A stretch of DNA of 64,000 nucleotides, taken from positions 3,520-67,519 of the forward strand of contig JAKPKV010000166.1 of assembly GCA_029553475.1 (NCBI GenBank), written 5' to 3'. The stretch is from Armatimonadota bacterium (lineage in GTDB: Bacteria; Armatimonadota; Hebobacteria; CAIYQO01). The position numbers and the translations under genes were made by a program. This document shows positions 56,004 through 64,000 of this stretch, piece after piece. How positions within the stretch are numbered: position 1 is the first letter of the stretch; every line of letters begins with the position of its first letter. Under the pieces are notes generated by a model that was not told where the DNA came from, made no database searches, and saw nothing but the letters and a program-made list of their open reading frames with translations.

Positions 56004-56117
56004 CGGGCTGGCTCCCTTCTTCGTTGGCCGGCGCGTGGTCAGTGGACTATTCGGCGCTGATGTGGTGATGGCCTCCTTGTACCCGTTGTGATGGGCTACG
56101 CGTCCCCGATGCCGATG

Positions 56118-56258
56118 CGCCGAGCGGGCGAGCGTCCCCGCGAGCCGACTCCGGGGGGAAGTCTGGAATGTCGTGTTCGATAGTGAGACTATCTCGTGCA
56201 CACGACGGATAAGACTTCCCCCCGGAGTCGGCTCGCGGGGACGCTCGCCCGCTCGGCG
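56118..56258. repeat. 141-bp palindromic element: 47-bp perfect inverted repeat arms around a 47-nt spacer that itself contains nested palindromes
   Basis: cgccgagcgggcgagcgtccccgcgagccgactccggggggaagtct (56118-56164) is the exact reverse complement of 56212-56258; the spacer contains gtcgtgt...acacgac and gatagtgagactatc. Confidence 0.9.
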
Positions 56259-57041
56259 TCAGGCCGGGGCGTATTTCGCCGCGAAAGGCCGGTGCGAGAT
56301 GGGCGTCAGCCGGGTGAAGGGGCCGGCCAGCAGCTCGTCGGCGTCCAGCCTGAAGGCGTCGGCGAAGGCGCGCAGGCGCGGGGTGAGCGCCTTGAGGCCG
56401 TCGGCGCTCACCGGCTCGCTGGACAGGTAGGGCGCCCTGGGCAGCGCGTCCGGCGTGGCGCGCAGGAAGATTTCGCCGCCGTGGATGCCGGAGGCCAGGT
56501 AGCCGCCCACCAGCCGCTGGCCGGGCTTGCGGTCGAGGCCGAGCACCACCAGCATGCCGCCGGCCATATATTCGCCGAAGAAATCGCCCACGCAGCCGCC
56601 GATGACGACGGCGGGAATCTGCGTCTTATACGCCTTCATGTGGATGCCCACGCGATACCCGGCGTCGCCGCGCACGAAGAGGCTGCCGCCGCGCATGCCG
56701 TAGCCCAGCGCGTCGCCGGCGTGGCCGTGGATGATCACGCGGCCGTCATTCATCGTGTTGCAGGCGGCGTCCTGGCCGTTGCCGAAGACTTCCAGCGTGG
56801 GGCCGTCCATGAAGGCGGCGAGATCGCCGCCGGGCACGCCGTGAATGGTGATGCGCACGTCTTTGCCGGTGAGGCCGTCGCCGATGTAGCGCTGTCCGCG
56901 CACGTTGCGCAGCGTCAGCGCGGTCTCGCCCGCCGCCACCAGCTCGCGCACGCGGCGGTTCAGGTCGCGGTAGTGCAGTCCGGCCGCGTCAATCACCACG
57001 CCCGCCTGCTGATCCGCCTCCACTTGCTCGGTTGTCGTCAT
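56259..57041 (-). CDS. glutamate synthase domain-3 (GXGXXG beta-helix) protein, split archaeal-type GOGAT subunit
   Basis: Repeating G-X-G-X-X-G beta-helix motifs ...IHGHAGDALGYGMRGGSLFVRGDAGYRVGIHM...VVIGGCVGDFFGEYMAGGMLVVLG. Confidence 0.85.
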   Translation of the reverse strand: MTTTEQVEADQQAGVVIDAAGLHYRDLNRRVRELVAAGETALTLRNVRGQRYIGDGLTGKDVRITIHGVPGGDLAAFMDGPTLEVFGNGQDAACNTMNDGRVIIHGHAGDALGYGMRGGSLFVRGDAGYRVGIHMKAYKTQIPAVVIGGCVGDFFGEYMAGGMLVVLGLDRKPGQRLVGGYLASGIHGGEIFLRATPDALPRAPYLSSEPVSADGLKALTPRLRAFADAFRLDADELLAGPFTRLTPISHRPFAAKYAPA

Positions 57042-57105
57042 CGTCGGTATCCTCGGTTTCCACGGTCCGCGCCCCTCGTCACGGAGAGCGGGGGCCGGCG
57101 TCAGC

Positions 57106-58620
57106 TTATGCCCCTACGCCGGCGGGTTTCACGCCCAGGATGGCCAGCGTCCGGTCATCCAGGCCGACGGCGCGCAGGCGCTCGCGGCTGCCGCGCAGCG
57201 ATTCCACGGCGTTGACGCCCATCGCGCCCAGCATCTCTTCCAGCTCGGCGGCCCAGGCGTGCACCAGGTTGGCCACGCGCTCGGCGCCCCACACCGGGTC
57301 AATGCGCCGGGTGAGCTCGGGATCCTGGGTGGTGATGCCCCACGAGCAGCGGCCCGTGTAGCACTTCTGGCAGAGCGTGCAGCCCAGGCTGAGCAGCGCG
57401 GCGGTGCCGATGGCCACCGCGTCGGCGCCCAGCGCGATGGCTTTGGCCATGTCGGCGCTGGAGCGGATGGAGCCGGCGGCGATGAGGCTCGCCTGATTGC
57501 GGATGCCCTCCTCGCGCAGGCGCTGGTCCACCGCGGCGATGGCCAGCTCGATGGGGATGCCCAGGTTGTCGCGGATGACGCTGGGCGCCGCCCCGGTGCC
57601 GCCGCGCACGCCGTCCAGGTAGACATAGTCGGCGCCGGCGCGCACGATGCCGCTGGCGATGGCCGCCACGTTATGCACGGCGGCGATCTTCACCCCCACG
57701 GGCTTCTGGTAATCCACCGCTTCCTTCAGCGCGAAGATGAGCTGCCGCAGGTCCTCGATGGAGTAGATGTCGTGCTGCGGCGCCGGCGAGATGGCGTCGG
57801 AGCCGAGGGGGATCATGCGCGTGGTGGAGACGTCCGCCGTCACCTTCTCGCCCGGCAAATGCCCGCCGATGCCCGGCTTCGCGCCTTGCCCGATCTTGAT
57901 CTCCACCGCGGCGCCGGCGTGCAGATACTCGACGTTCACGCCGAAGCGGCCGGAGGCGCACTGCACGACGGCGCAGTGGGCGTACGGTTTCACCTGCTCG
58001 TGCAGGCCGCCTTCGCCGGTATTCCAGAGGATGCCCAGCGCCTCCGCCGCCATCGCCAGGCTTTTTTGCGCAGTGAGCGAGATGGAGCCGTAGGACATCG
58101 GCGAGAAGATGATGGGGAAGGCGAGCTGATAATTCGGCGCGAGCGGCGTTTTCAGCGACACGCGGCCGTCGGCGGCGACCGCCACCTCGACCTGCTCCGG
58201 CTTGCGGCCCAGGTAGGTGCGCAGCTCCATCGGCTCGCGCAGCGGGTCAATGGAGGGGTTCGTCACCTGGCAGGCGTCGAGGAACAGGCTGTCGAAGAGC
58301 ACCGGGAAATCCTGGTCGGCGCCCATGCCGGTGAGCAGCACGCCGCCGGACTCCGCCTGCCGGTAGACGTTTTTCCGGTGGCGCAGCGTCCAGTTCGCGT
58401 TCGGCCGGTAGAAGGTCGGGTTGGGCAGCACGGTGATGCAGGACTCCGGGCAGAAGACCTCGCAGCGATGGCAGCCCACGCACGCCTGCTGATCGGCCAC
58501 CACGCGGTGCTCCCAGCGCAGCGCGCCCCAGCCGCACTGCTTGATGCAGCGCTTGCAGCGGCAGCAGGTCTCGGTATCGTTCGTCCAGCGAAATTCAGGC
58601 GGGATATAGCTCGTTGACAT
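57106..58620 (-). CDS. glutamate synthase FMN-binding domain-2 protein with N-terminal 2x[4Fe-4S] ferredoxin segment
   Basis: CCRCKRCIKQC...CVGCHRCEVFCP ferredoxin motifs; GOGAT FMN/Fe-S domain ...GQGAKPGIGGHLPGEKV...IYSIEDLRQLIFALKEA...LDGVRGGTGAAP...LGCTLCQKC. Confidence 0.85.
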   Translation of the reverse strand: MSTSYIPPEFRWTNDTETCCRCKRCIKQCGWGALRWEHRVVADQQACVGCHRCEVFCPESCITVLPNPTFYRPNANWTLRHRKNVYRQAESGGVLLTGMGADQDFPVLFDSLFLDACQVTNPSIDPLREPMELRTYLGRKPEQVEVAVAADGRVSLKTPLAPNYQLAFPIIFSPMSYGSISLTAQKSLAMAAEALGILWNTGEGGLHEQVKPYAHCAVVQCASGRFGVNVEYLHAGAAVEIKIGQGAKPGIGGHLPGEKVTADVSTTRMIPLGSDAISPAPQHDIYSIEDLRQLIFALKEAVDYQKPVGVKIAAVHNVAAIASGIVRAGADYVYLDGVRGGTGAAPSVIRDNLGIPIELAIAAVDQRLREEGIRNQASLIAAGSIRSSADMAKAIALGADAVAIGTAALLSLGCTLCQKCYTGRCSWGITTQDPELTRRIDPVWGAERVANLVHAWAAELEEMLGAMGVNAVESLRGSRERLRAVGLDDRTLAILGVKPAGVGA

Positions 58621-58656
58621 ACGCGTTCCTCTGCAAAACCTCCGCGTGGGGCGACC

Positions 58657-59844
58657 TCACCGGGTCGTCTCCTGCGGCGCGAGCGGGCCGAAATCGGCGC
58701 GGGTGACCGCCGACGGCACCGCGGGGAAGACATCGGCGTCCAGCTCGACGATGGTCGGCTCGCCGCCGCGCGGCGCCCAGATGCGGTCCGGGTCGGGGCA
58801 CATCTCCAGGATGCCGGACTCCTCGCTGGAGAGCAGCACCCAGTCATCCTTCTCGGCGGCCACCAGCGGGCGCAGCTTGATGCGGTCGTTCAGCCCCACC
58901 ATGCCGCGGCGATGGCCGAAGACGATGGCGAAGGGGCCGTTCACCAGCGCGCCGGCGTACACCATGCGCAGCGCGCGGTAGAGCTCCGCTTTCTCCGGAT
59001 CACGCTCCGCCAGCGCGTCAATGTCCCGCCAGAAGGGGGCGGCCATCACCGTGCAGGCCACGTCCACCGGCAACTGGTGCCGGCGCAGCAGCAGGTCGAG
59101 GAGATAGGCCATCACCTCGGTATCGGTGCGCAGCGTGCACTGGTAGCCGAACTGCTCCAGGTAGCGCTTGTTGATGCCGTAGCTGGAGATCTCGCCGTTA
59201 TGCACCACCGCGAAATCGAGGAGCGTGAAGGGGTGCGCGCCGCCCCACCAGCCCGGCGTATTGGTCGGGAAGCGGTCGTGCGCAATCCAGATATACCCCT
59301 GATACTCCTCCAGCCGGTAGAAGCGGCCAACCTGGTCGGCCGAGCCGACCGCTTTGAAGGCGCCCATGTTCTTGCCGGAGCTGAAGACGTAGGCGCCGTC
59401 AAGGCGGACGTTGATCTCCATCACCGCGCGCAGCACGTAGTCCTCGGCGGTGGGCAGCATGGACTCGGCCAGCTTCAGCGGTTTCGGATGCAGGAAGTAA
59501 CGGCGCAGCGCCGGCGCGGTCGAAGGATCCACGCCTTCCACCGGGCGGGTGGGGATGTGCTCCTCGTGTACCAGCTCAAAGTGCTCGTCCAGGTAGCGCT
59601 CCGTCTCCTCCTGCGCGCGCGGCGTGTAATACATCAGGTGGAAGGCGAACTCCTCGGCGTAGTGCGGGTAGCAGCCATACACCGCGAAGCCGCCGCCCAG
59701 GCCGTTGCCGCGCTCCCGCAGCAGGCCGATGGAGCGGATGATCGCCTCGCCGTTGACCGAATGCCCGCGGCGGCTCATCATCGCGCTCAGGCCGCAGCCG
59801 GAGAGCGTGCGTGCGGTCAGATCAAAGGGCGTGTGTCCCTGCAT
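58657..59844 (-). CDS. class-II (Ntn) glutamine amidotransferase domain protein, GOGAT domain-1 homolog, with an N-terminal propeptide
   Basis: Predicted nucleophile in ...LSG-CGLSAMMSRRG at residue 17, implying propeptide removal; class-II GATase core ...HDRFPTNTPGWWGGAHPF... Confidence 0.75.
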   Translation of the reverse strand: MQGHTPFDLTARTLSGCGLSAMMSRRGHSVNGEAIIRSIGLLRERGNGLGGGFAVYGCYPHYAEEFAFHLMYYTPRAQEETERYLDEHFELVHEEHIPTRPVEGVDPSTAPALRRYFLHPKPLKLAESMLPTAEDYVLRAVMEINVRLDGAYVFSSGKNMGAFKAVGSADQVGRFYRLEEYQGYIWIAHDRFPTNTPGWWGGAHPFTLLDFAVVHNGEISSYGINKRYLEQFGYQCTLRTDTEVMAYLLDLLLRRHQLPVDVACTVMAAPFWRDIDALAERDPEKAELYRALRMVYAGALVNGPFAIVFGHRRGMVGLNDRIKLRPLVAAEKDDWVLLSSEESGILEMCPDPDRIWAPRGGEPTIVELDADVFPAVPSAVTRADFGPLAPQETTR

Positions 59845-59880
59845 GGTCGGTGTCTCCCTGTCCCGGTCGCCGGGGGCGTC

Positions 59881-61200
59881 TCATCGCTCGCCGAGCAACG
59901 CGGCCACCTCGTCGGCGCCGGATTTCGGCACGGCGGGCAGTTTCAAGCGTTTCCGCGCGGCTTCCGAAGTCGCGATCATCGCGCCGGTGCCGGTGACGGC
60001 GGCGATGCCGTCGGCCACGCCGCCGGGCACGGCGCCGCGCGCGACGGCGAGGTGTTTCACCGTGCGGAAGATCTCGAGCATGGAGTAACTCTGGCAGCAG
60101 CGGTCGCTGCACGTGTAGCACTCGTGGCACTTCCAGGCGCTGCGGTCGGCGATGACGCCGTCCAGGTCGCCGGCGGCGAGGCGGCGGATGATCGCGTTCG
60201 GCACCCAGGTGGGATCGCCCAGGTTCACCGGGCAGTCGTTGCGGCAGCCGTTGCACGCGGCGCAGCCCGCCAGCCCTTGCAGGTCGAAGTGCGGGGCCAG
60301 CGTCTCCTGCGCCGCCCGCAGCGCCGTCCAGCGGGCGAAGAAGCGGTCGGTGCTGACGCGGTGCGCGGCGATGCCCAGCTCCTCCGGCGCCAGCCCCAGC
60401 GCGAGACCGAGCAGCTCCAGGTAGGAGAGCACCGGCACGTCGTAGACTTCGCCGCCGCGCGCCAGGTTGGCCTGCTGATACTCGTATTGCATGGTGCAGG
60501 ACGGGCAGGTGGTGGTGAGGCAATCCACGCCGAGCTTCGCCAGCTCGGAGAGCTTCATGCGGCACATGTGCTCGGCCTGCGACTGGTCATCGGCGCGCGC
60601 CAGCAATCCGCCGCAGCACAGCGACTTGGTGGTGTAGGTCACCGAGGTGGCGCCCAGCGCCTCCACCAGCGTGTCGAACTTGCGCGGCGCGAAGGGGTCG
60701 TCGAAGGCGAGCTCCGTGCTGGGGCGCACCAGGTGACAGCCGTTGTGCACCGCCACGCGCAGGCCGGTGAGCGGGCGGGTGACGCGCTGGCGCAGCGTCT
60801 GCGCGCCGAAATCGTCCCAGAGCACTTCCAGCACGTGCTTCACCGGGACGCGGCCCTGATAGCTCCGGCCGACGCGCGCCAGGCGCGCGTTCACCATCGC
60901 CAGCGCGTCGGGGTGGGCGGCGAGCGCGTGGTTGGCGCCTTTCAGCGTGCCGTAGCAGCCGGTGCAGGGGGTGACGATGGCCACGCCGGCGTCCTCAGCG
61001 ATCGCCAGGTTGCGGGCCGCCATGGTCAGCCACGTATCGTGGTCGGCGTTCTTGATCATGGACTTTTCGGGGCAGCAGCTCAGCCCCTCCAGGTCCTGGG
61101 CGGCGATGCCCAGCGCGGCGAACGCCGCGCGCATCGCTTTTTCGAGATGCGGCATGCGGCTGGGGAGGTAACAGCCCCAGAAATACCCGTATCGCGCCAT
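59881..61200 (-). CDS. Fe-S oxidoreductase with CCG domains (HdrB/GlcF-like) and a C-terminal 2x[4Fe-4S] ferredoxin-like domain
   Basis: CCG-type cysteine motifs (…PCTGCYG…, …TTTCPSCTMQYE…, …LCCGG…); C-terminal CAACNGCRNDCP and CHECYTCSDRCC; GGGAG RBS before the ATG at 61200. Confidence 0.7.
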   Translation of the reverse strand: MARYGYFWGCYLPSRMPHLEKAMRAAFAALGIAAQDLEGLSCCPEKSMIKNADHDTWLTMAARNLAIAEDAGVAIVTPCTGCYGTLKGANHALAAHPDALAMVNARLARVGRSYQGRVPVKHVLEVLWDDFGAQTLRQRVTRPLTGLRVAVHNGCHLVRPSTELAFDDPFAPRKFDTLVEALGATSVTYTTKSLCCGGLLARADDQSQAEHMCRMKLSELAKLGVDCLTTTCPSCTMQYEYQQANLARGGEVYDVPVLSYLELLGLALGLAPEELGIAAHRVSTDRFFARWTALRAAQETLAPHFDLQGLAGCAACNGCRNDCPVNLGDPTWVPNAIIRRLAAGDLDGVIADRSAWKCHECYTCSDRCCQSYSMLEIFRTVKHLAVARGAVPGGVADGIAAVTGTGAMIATSEAARKRLKLPAVPKSGADEVAALLGER

Positions 61201-61406
61201 GATGTCTCGCTCCCTCATCGAGCCGGTCGCCGGCGGCCACGGGCGGTGACGGGGCGTGGGGCGACCGTGGACGTCTCACCCTCCCCGCGGCGTTGACCCC
61301 CGTCGCGGGCGGGAAGGAGGGGACGCGTCCAGGTATTAGGGTACGGGGACAATGTTTCCAACAGATTACGCGCGCGGGAGCGCTGGCGCGGGGCACGCCC
61401 GGGCGG

Positions 61407-61844
61407 TTATTCCCCGGCGCCGTAGAGGGCGGTGAGGTGCGTTTTCACGCGCCGCAGGGCTTCGCGGGCGTTCTCGAAGACCACCAGCTCCATGCTGTCC
61501 CGCGGGGTGGCCCAGCGATAGGCGACGTGCTCCCAGGACAGGTAGATCTCCGTCGAGAGGGCGCGGGCGAGAAAGTAGGTCACTTCCTTATCCACCAGCG
61601 TGCGGCCGCGGCGGTAGCGGTAGTGGATAACGGAGCGGAAATCGGGGTCGAACTCGATGGCCCGCAGGCCGGTCTCCTCGGCGATCTCGCGGCAGGCGGC
61701 TTCCTCCTCCGATTCCCCGCGGTTCAGCTTCCCCTTCGGAAACCCCCAGGGCTTGCCGGGGGCGGGCTGCAGCAGCAGGAAGAGGTAACGCCCGTCTTCC
61801 GCGATCCGGTAGACCACCGCGCCCGCCGAATGCTCCTTCACCAT
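61407..61844 (-). CDS. NUDIX hydrolase
   Basis: Nudix box GFPKGKLNRGESEEEAACREIAEETGL. Confidence 0.85.
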   Translation of the reverse strand: MVKEHSAGAVVYRIAEDGRYLFLLLQPAPGKPWGFPKGKLNRGESEEEAACREIAEETGLRAIEFDPDFRSVIHYRYRRGRTLVDKEVTYFLARALSTEIYLSWEHVAYRWATPRDSMELVVFENAREALRRVKTHLTALYGAGE

Positions 61845-61923
61845 GATCGAATCCCGCACTTCCTCACCGCACACTCAAATCAGTATACGGAAAGGCGCGC
61901 CGTCTGTCCAGCCGCGGGACGTG

Positions 61924-62883
61924 CTATTCCGCCGCCACCGCCGCGTCACCGCGATACCAGAGACGGCCTTCGATGCGGTCCCATTCCGTCCACGCGTGCT
62001 CCGGATTGCCGCCCCGCAGCATCTCGAGGCAGTGGGTGGCTTTGGCCTCCAGGTTGTCCACCGCGTGGAGGATCACCGCCTCCAGCATCTTCGGCACCAC
62101 CGGCGCGCCGAACTCGCCGGTGCCGTGGTGGCTGAGGATGAGGTGGCGCAGGCGGGTGGTCACCTCATCGGAGATCCGCAGCCCGCGCGCCCACTCATAC
62201 ACCAGGCGGTCGCCGATGACGATGTGGCCGTGCAGGTTGCCGATGGTGCTGTATTCGATGGCCAGATGCGCCCAGTCGAATTCCTCGATCTTGCCGATGT
62301 CGTGCAGCAATACCCCGGCGAGCAGCAGGTCGCGATCCACCCGCGGGTAGCAGCGGGCAGCCGTCTCCGCCAGCTCCGCCTGGCGCACCACGTGCTCCAG
62401 CAGGCCGTGCAGGTAGGCGCCGTGCACGCCGCGCGCGGCGGGCGCCTCGCAGTACTTGCGGCGAATCTCCGGGTCGGCGAAGATGGCGCGGATGAGCGGG
62501 CCGATGTCGGGGTCGGTGAAGGAGGCGATGAGCGCGTCCAGCTTCGCGATGAGCGCGGTCACGTCGCCGTCATACGCCGGCAGGAAATCGGCGGGGTCCA
62601 CCGCGCCGTCCCACGGGGCGATGGCCGACAGCGTGAGCTCCAGCGCGCCCTGGTAACTCTCCACGCGCCCCGTCACCTTCACCACCGTGCCATCGGGGAT
62701 GCGCGCGGCGTCCTCGGCATCCTCCCACAGCTTGGCGCCGACGCTGCCCGAGCGGTCGCTCAACGTCACGCGCAGAAAATTGCCGGGCTTGTTTTTGAAG
62801 GGCGTCAGGCGAAACTGCCGCGCGACGGCCAGCGTGGAGACGGTCATCCCTTCATTCAGCTCAGTCAGCATCGTCTTCGCCAT
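61924..62883 (-). CDS. YhaM-like 3'-5' exonuclease (OB-fold + HD phosphohydrolase domain)
   Basis: N-terminal OB fold (...FLRVTLSDRSGSVGAKLWED...); HD domain ...LLHDIGK...LILSHHG. Confidence 0.7.
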   Translation of the reverse strand: MAKTMLTELNEGMTVSTLAVARQFRLTPFKNKPGNFLRVTLSDRSGSVGAKLWEDAEDAARIPDGTVVKVTGRVESYQGALELTLSAIAPWDGAVDPADFLPAYDGDVTALIAKLDALIASFTDPDIGPLIRAIFADPEIRRKYCEAPAARGVHGAYLHGLLEHVVRQAELAETAARCYPRVDRDLLLAGVLLHDIGKIEEFDWAHLAIEYSTIGNLHGHIVIGDRLVYEWARGLRISDEVTTRLRHLILSHHGTGEFGAPVVPKMLEAVILHAVDNLEAKATHCLEMLRGGNPEHAWTEWDRIEGRLWYRGDAAVAAE

Positions 62884-63221
62884 GGGGCACCTCGCTCTAG
62901 GATGGGGATCGGGCGCCTGCCCGGGACTACGGGGCTATTGTAGCAGAGATGGCGGCCCGGTGGAAATGCGGAGCGGTGAATGCTGAATGGCGGACCGCGC
63001 ATGATGGGCGCGACGGCGTTGCGCCGCCTGCCAGGGGACCGACGCTGTCAGCGGAAAATGGTAACCATCACGCATTAGTGGGGGTGGATCGCCTGGGAGG
63101 GTGGGACTCCGTCGAGCCGATCTGCTGGAGGGCGAGACGGATGACGATGACGACGACGATGACGATGGCGACCTACGGTCCCTGCGCGCGCGGCGCGACG
63201 GCGTCTCGCCGGCCAGAAAGC

Positions 63222-63986
63222 TTACACGACCAGCTCCACTTCCCACGCGCGCAGGCGCGGGTCGTGGGCGGCGGCGGCGATGTCGGCGGGGGAAGTGAAG
63301 TGCATGCGCTCGCCGATGAGCGGGAAGGCGGTGATCGGCTCGCCGTGCCGCAGCATGTACTCCATGGTATAGGTCACGTAGAACTCGCCCGTTTCCGGGC
63401 GCGGGGTGCGGTCAATGTAGTCCCAGATCGCGGGGGTGAAGACCATGAGGCCGGCGATGTTCCAGTGGGTGCCGGCGGTGCCGGGGGGCAGCTTTTCCGC
63501 CAGCCGCAGCACGCGGTCGCCGTCGCGGTAGACGGCGCCGCCGGCATAGGGGTCCTCCACCCAGTTCACCCCCAGCACCACGGCGGGGTCCGCGGGATCG
63601 GTGATGAAGCGCTCGATGATGGCGGGGTAGTTGGCGGGGTCCACCAGCAGGTCGCCCCACTGCATGAGGAACGGCTCGTCATCGAAGAGATCGCGGGTGA
63701 GGCGCATGGCGTCGGCGGTGCCGCCCAGCGTGGGCTGGGCACGGTAGTGCAGGCGCATGCCGACGCGCGCGCCGTCGCCGAAATAGCGCTCGATCGCCGC
63801 GCCGTGGTAGCCGTGCACCACCACCGCGTCGTCAATGCCGGCGACGCGCAAGCCGCGCAGGATGCGCTCCAGGATGGGCATGCCGCCCACCGGCACCATG
63901 GGTTTCGGACATGCCGCGGTGAGCGGCATCAGGCGGACGCCGCGGCCGGCGGCCAGTATTAACGCGCGATGCGGGATCGTGTGCAC
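63222..63986 (-). CDS. sugar-phosphate nucleotidyltransferase (NTP-transferase fold)
   Basis: ALILAAGRGVRLMPLTAACPKPMVPVGGMPILE N-terminal signature of glucose/mannose-1-P nucleotidyltransferases. Confidence 0.8.
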   Translation of the reverse strand: MHTIPHRALILAAGRGVRLMPLTAACPKPMVPVGGMPILERILRGLRVAGIDDAVVVHGYHGAAIERYFGDGARVGMRLHYRAQPTLGGTADAMRLTRDLFDDEPFLMQWGDLLVDPANYPAIIERFITDPADPAVVLGVNWVEDPYAGGAVYRDGDRVLRLAEKLPPGTAGTHWNIAGLMVFTPAIWDYIDRTPRPETGEFYVTYTMEYMLRHGEPITAFPLIGERMHFTSPADIAAAAHDPRLRAWEVELVV

Positions 63987-64000
63987 GCGGACTCCTTCTC

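Noticed and set aside
63137-63175. GATGACGATGACGACGACGATGACGATGG tandem triplet repeat in the 62884-63221 intergenic region
   Set aside because: Short, imperfect (GAY)n run in non-coding DNA; it would encode poly-Asp only in a frame with no start or RBS; noted as a minor microsatellite only

Overview
High-GC (~70%) bacterial chromosomal window, densely coded with no rRNA, tRNA or CRISPR. The abundant prepilin/DUF1559 '[10 protein letters not shown]' proteins suggest a PVC-superphylum or Armatimonadetes-like organism. What I can support:

- **1–9.3 kb:** ruvB 3' end, a hicAB toxin–antitoxin pair, an SDR, a GNAT, a neutral-ceramidase-like protein, an FGE-domain protein, a long GHMP sugar kinase and a Gfo/Idh/MocA oxidoreductase.
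- **9.5–22.5 kb (minus strand):** a type II secretion / type IV pilus hybrid cluster: marR–gspE–gspF–gspG–gspH–gspI–gspJ–gspK, then pilM/N fusion–pilO–GspC/PilP-like–gspD secretin. Two inverted copies of a ~150-bp repeat element bracket its distal 7 kb.
- **22.9–30.6 kb:** an operon encoding a 1640-aa exported TPR–CHAT protease and a 908-aa exported caspase (C14) protein.
- **30.8–36.4 kb:** an MscS–cNMP channel, a PD40 beta-propeller protein and a second FGE-domain protein.
- **36.8–43.0 kb:** the most interesting locus. Two tandem paralogous secreted Ala/Asp/Asn/Gly-rich repeat proteins, a small secreted protein sharing their N-terminal motif, a stand-alone secreted C39 cysteine peptidase and an outer-membrane beta-barrel. 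The architecture parallels Fap/curli-type functional amyloid or fibre export systems, and the substrates carry a double-glycine-leader-like motif after their Sec signal.
- **43.3–64 kb:** smc, a DUF1559 pseudopilin, an orphan PTS EIIB, a large secreted heparinase-II/III-like enzyme, ribE, serC, a VOC protein, a three-gene split (archaeal-type) glutamate synthase, an HdrB/C-like Fe-S protein, NUDIX, a YhaM-like HD exonuclease and a sugar nucleotidyltransferase.
- **Non-coding structure:** a family of GC-rich stem-loop repeats (CTCCCCCCAACCCCCTCCCC); three large palindromic elements with 25–47-bp arms and ~40-nt spacers; and a 191-bp MITE-like element with 24-bp perfect terminal inverted repeats.
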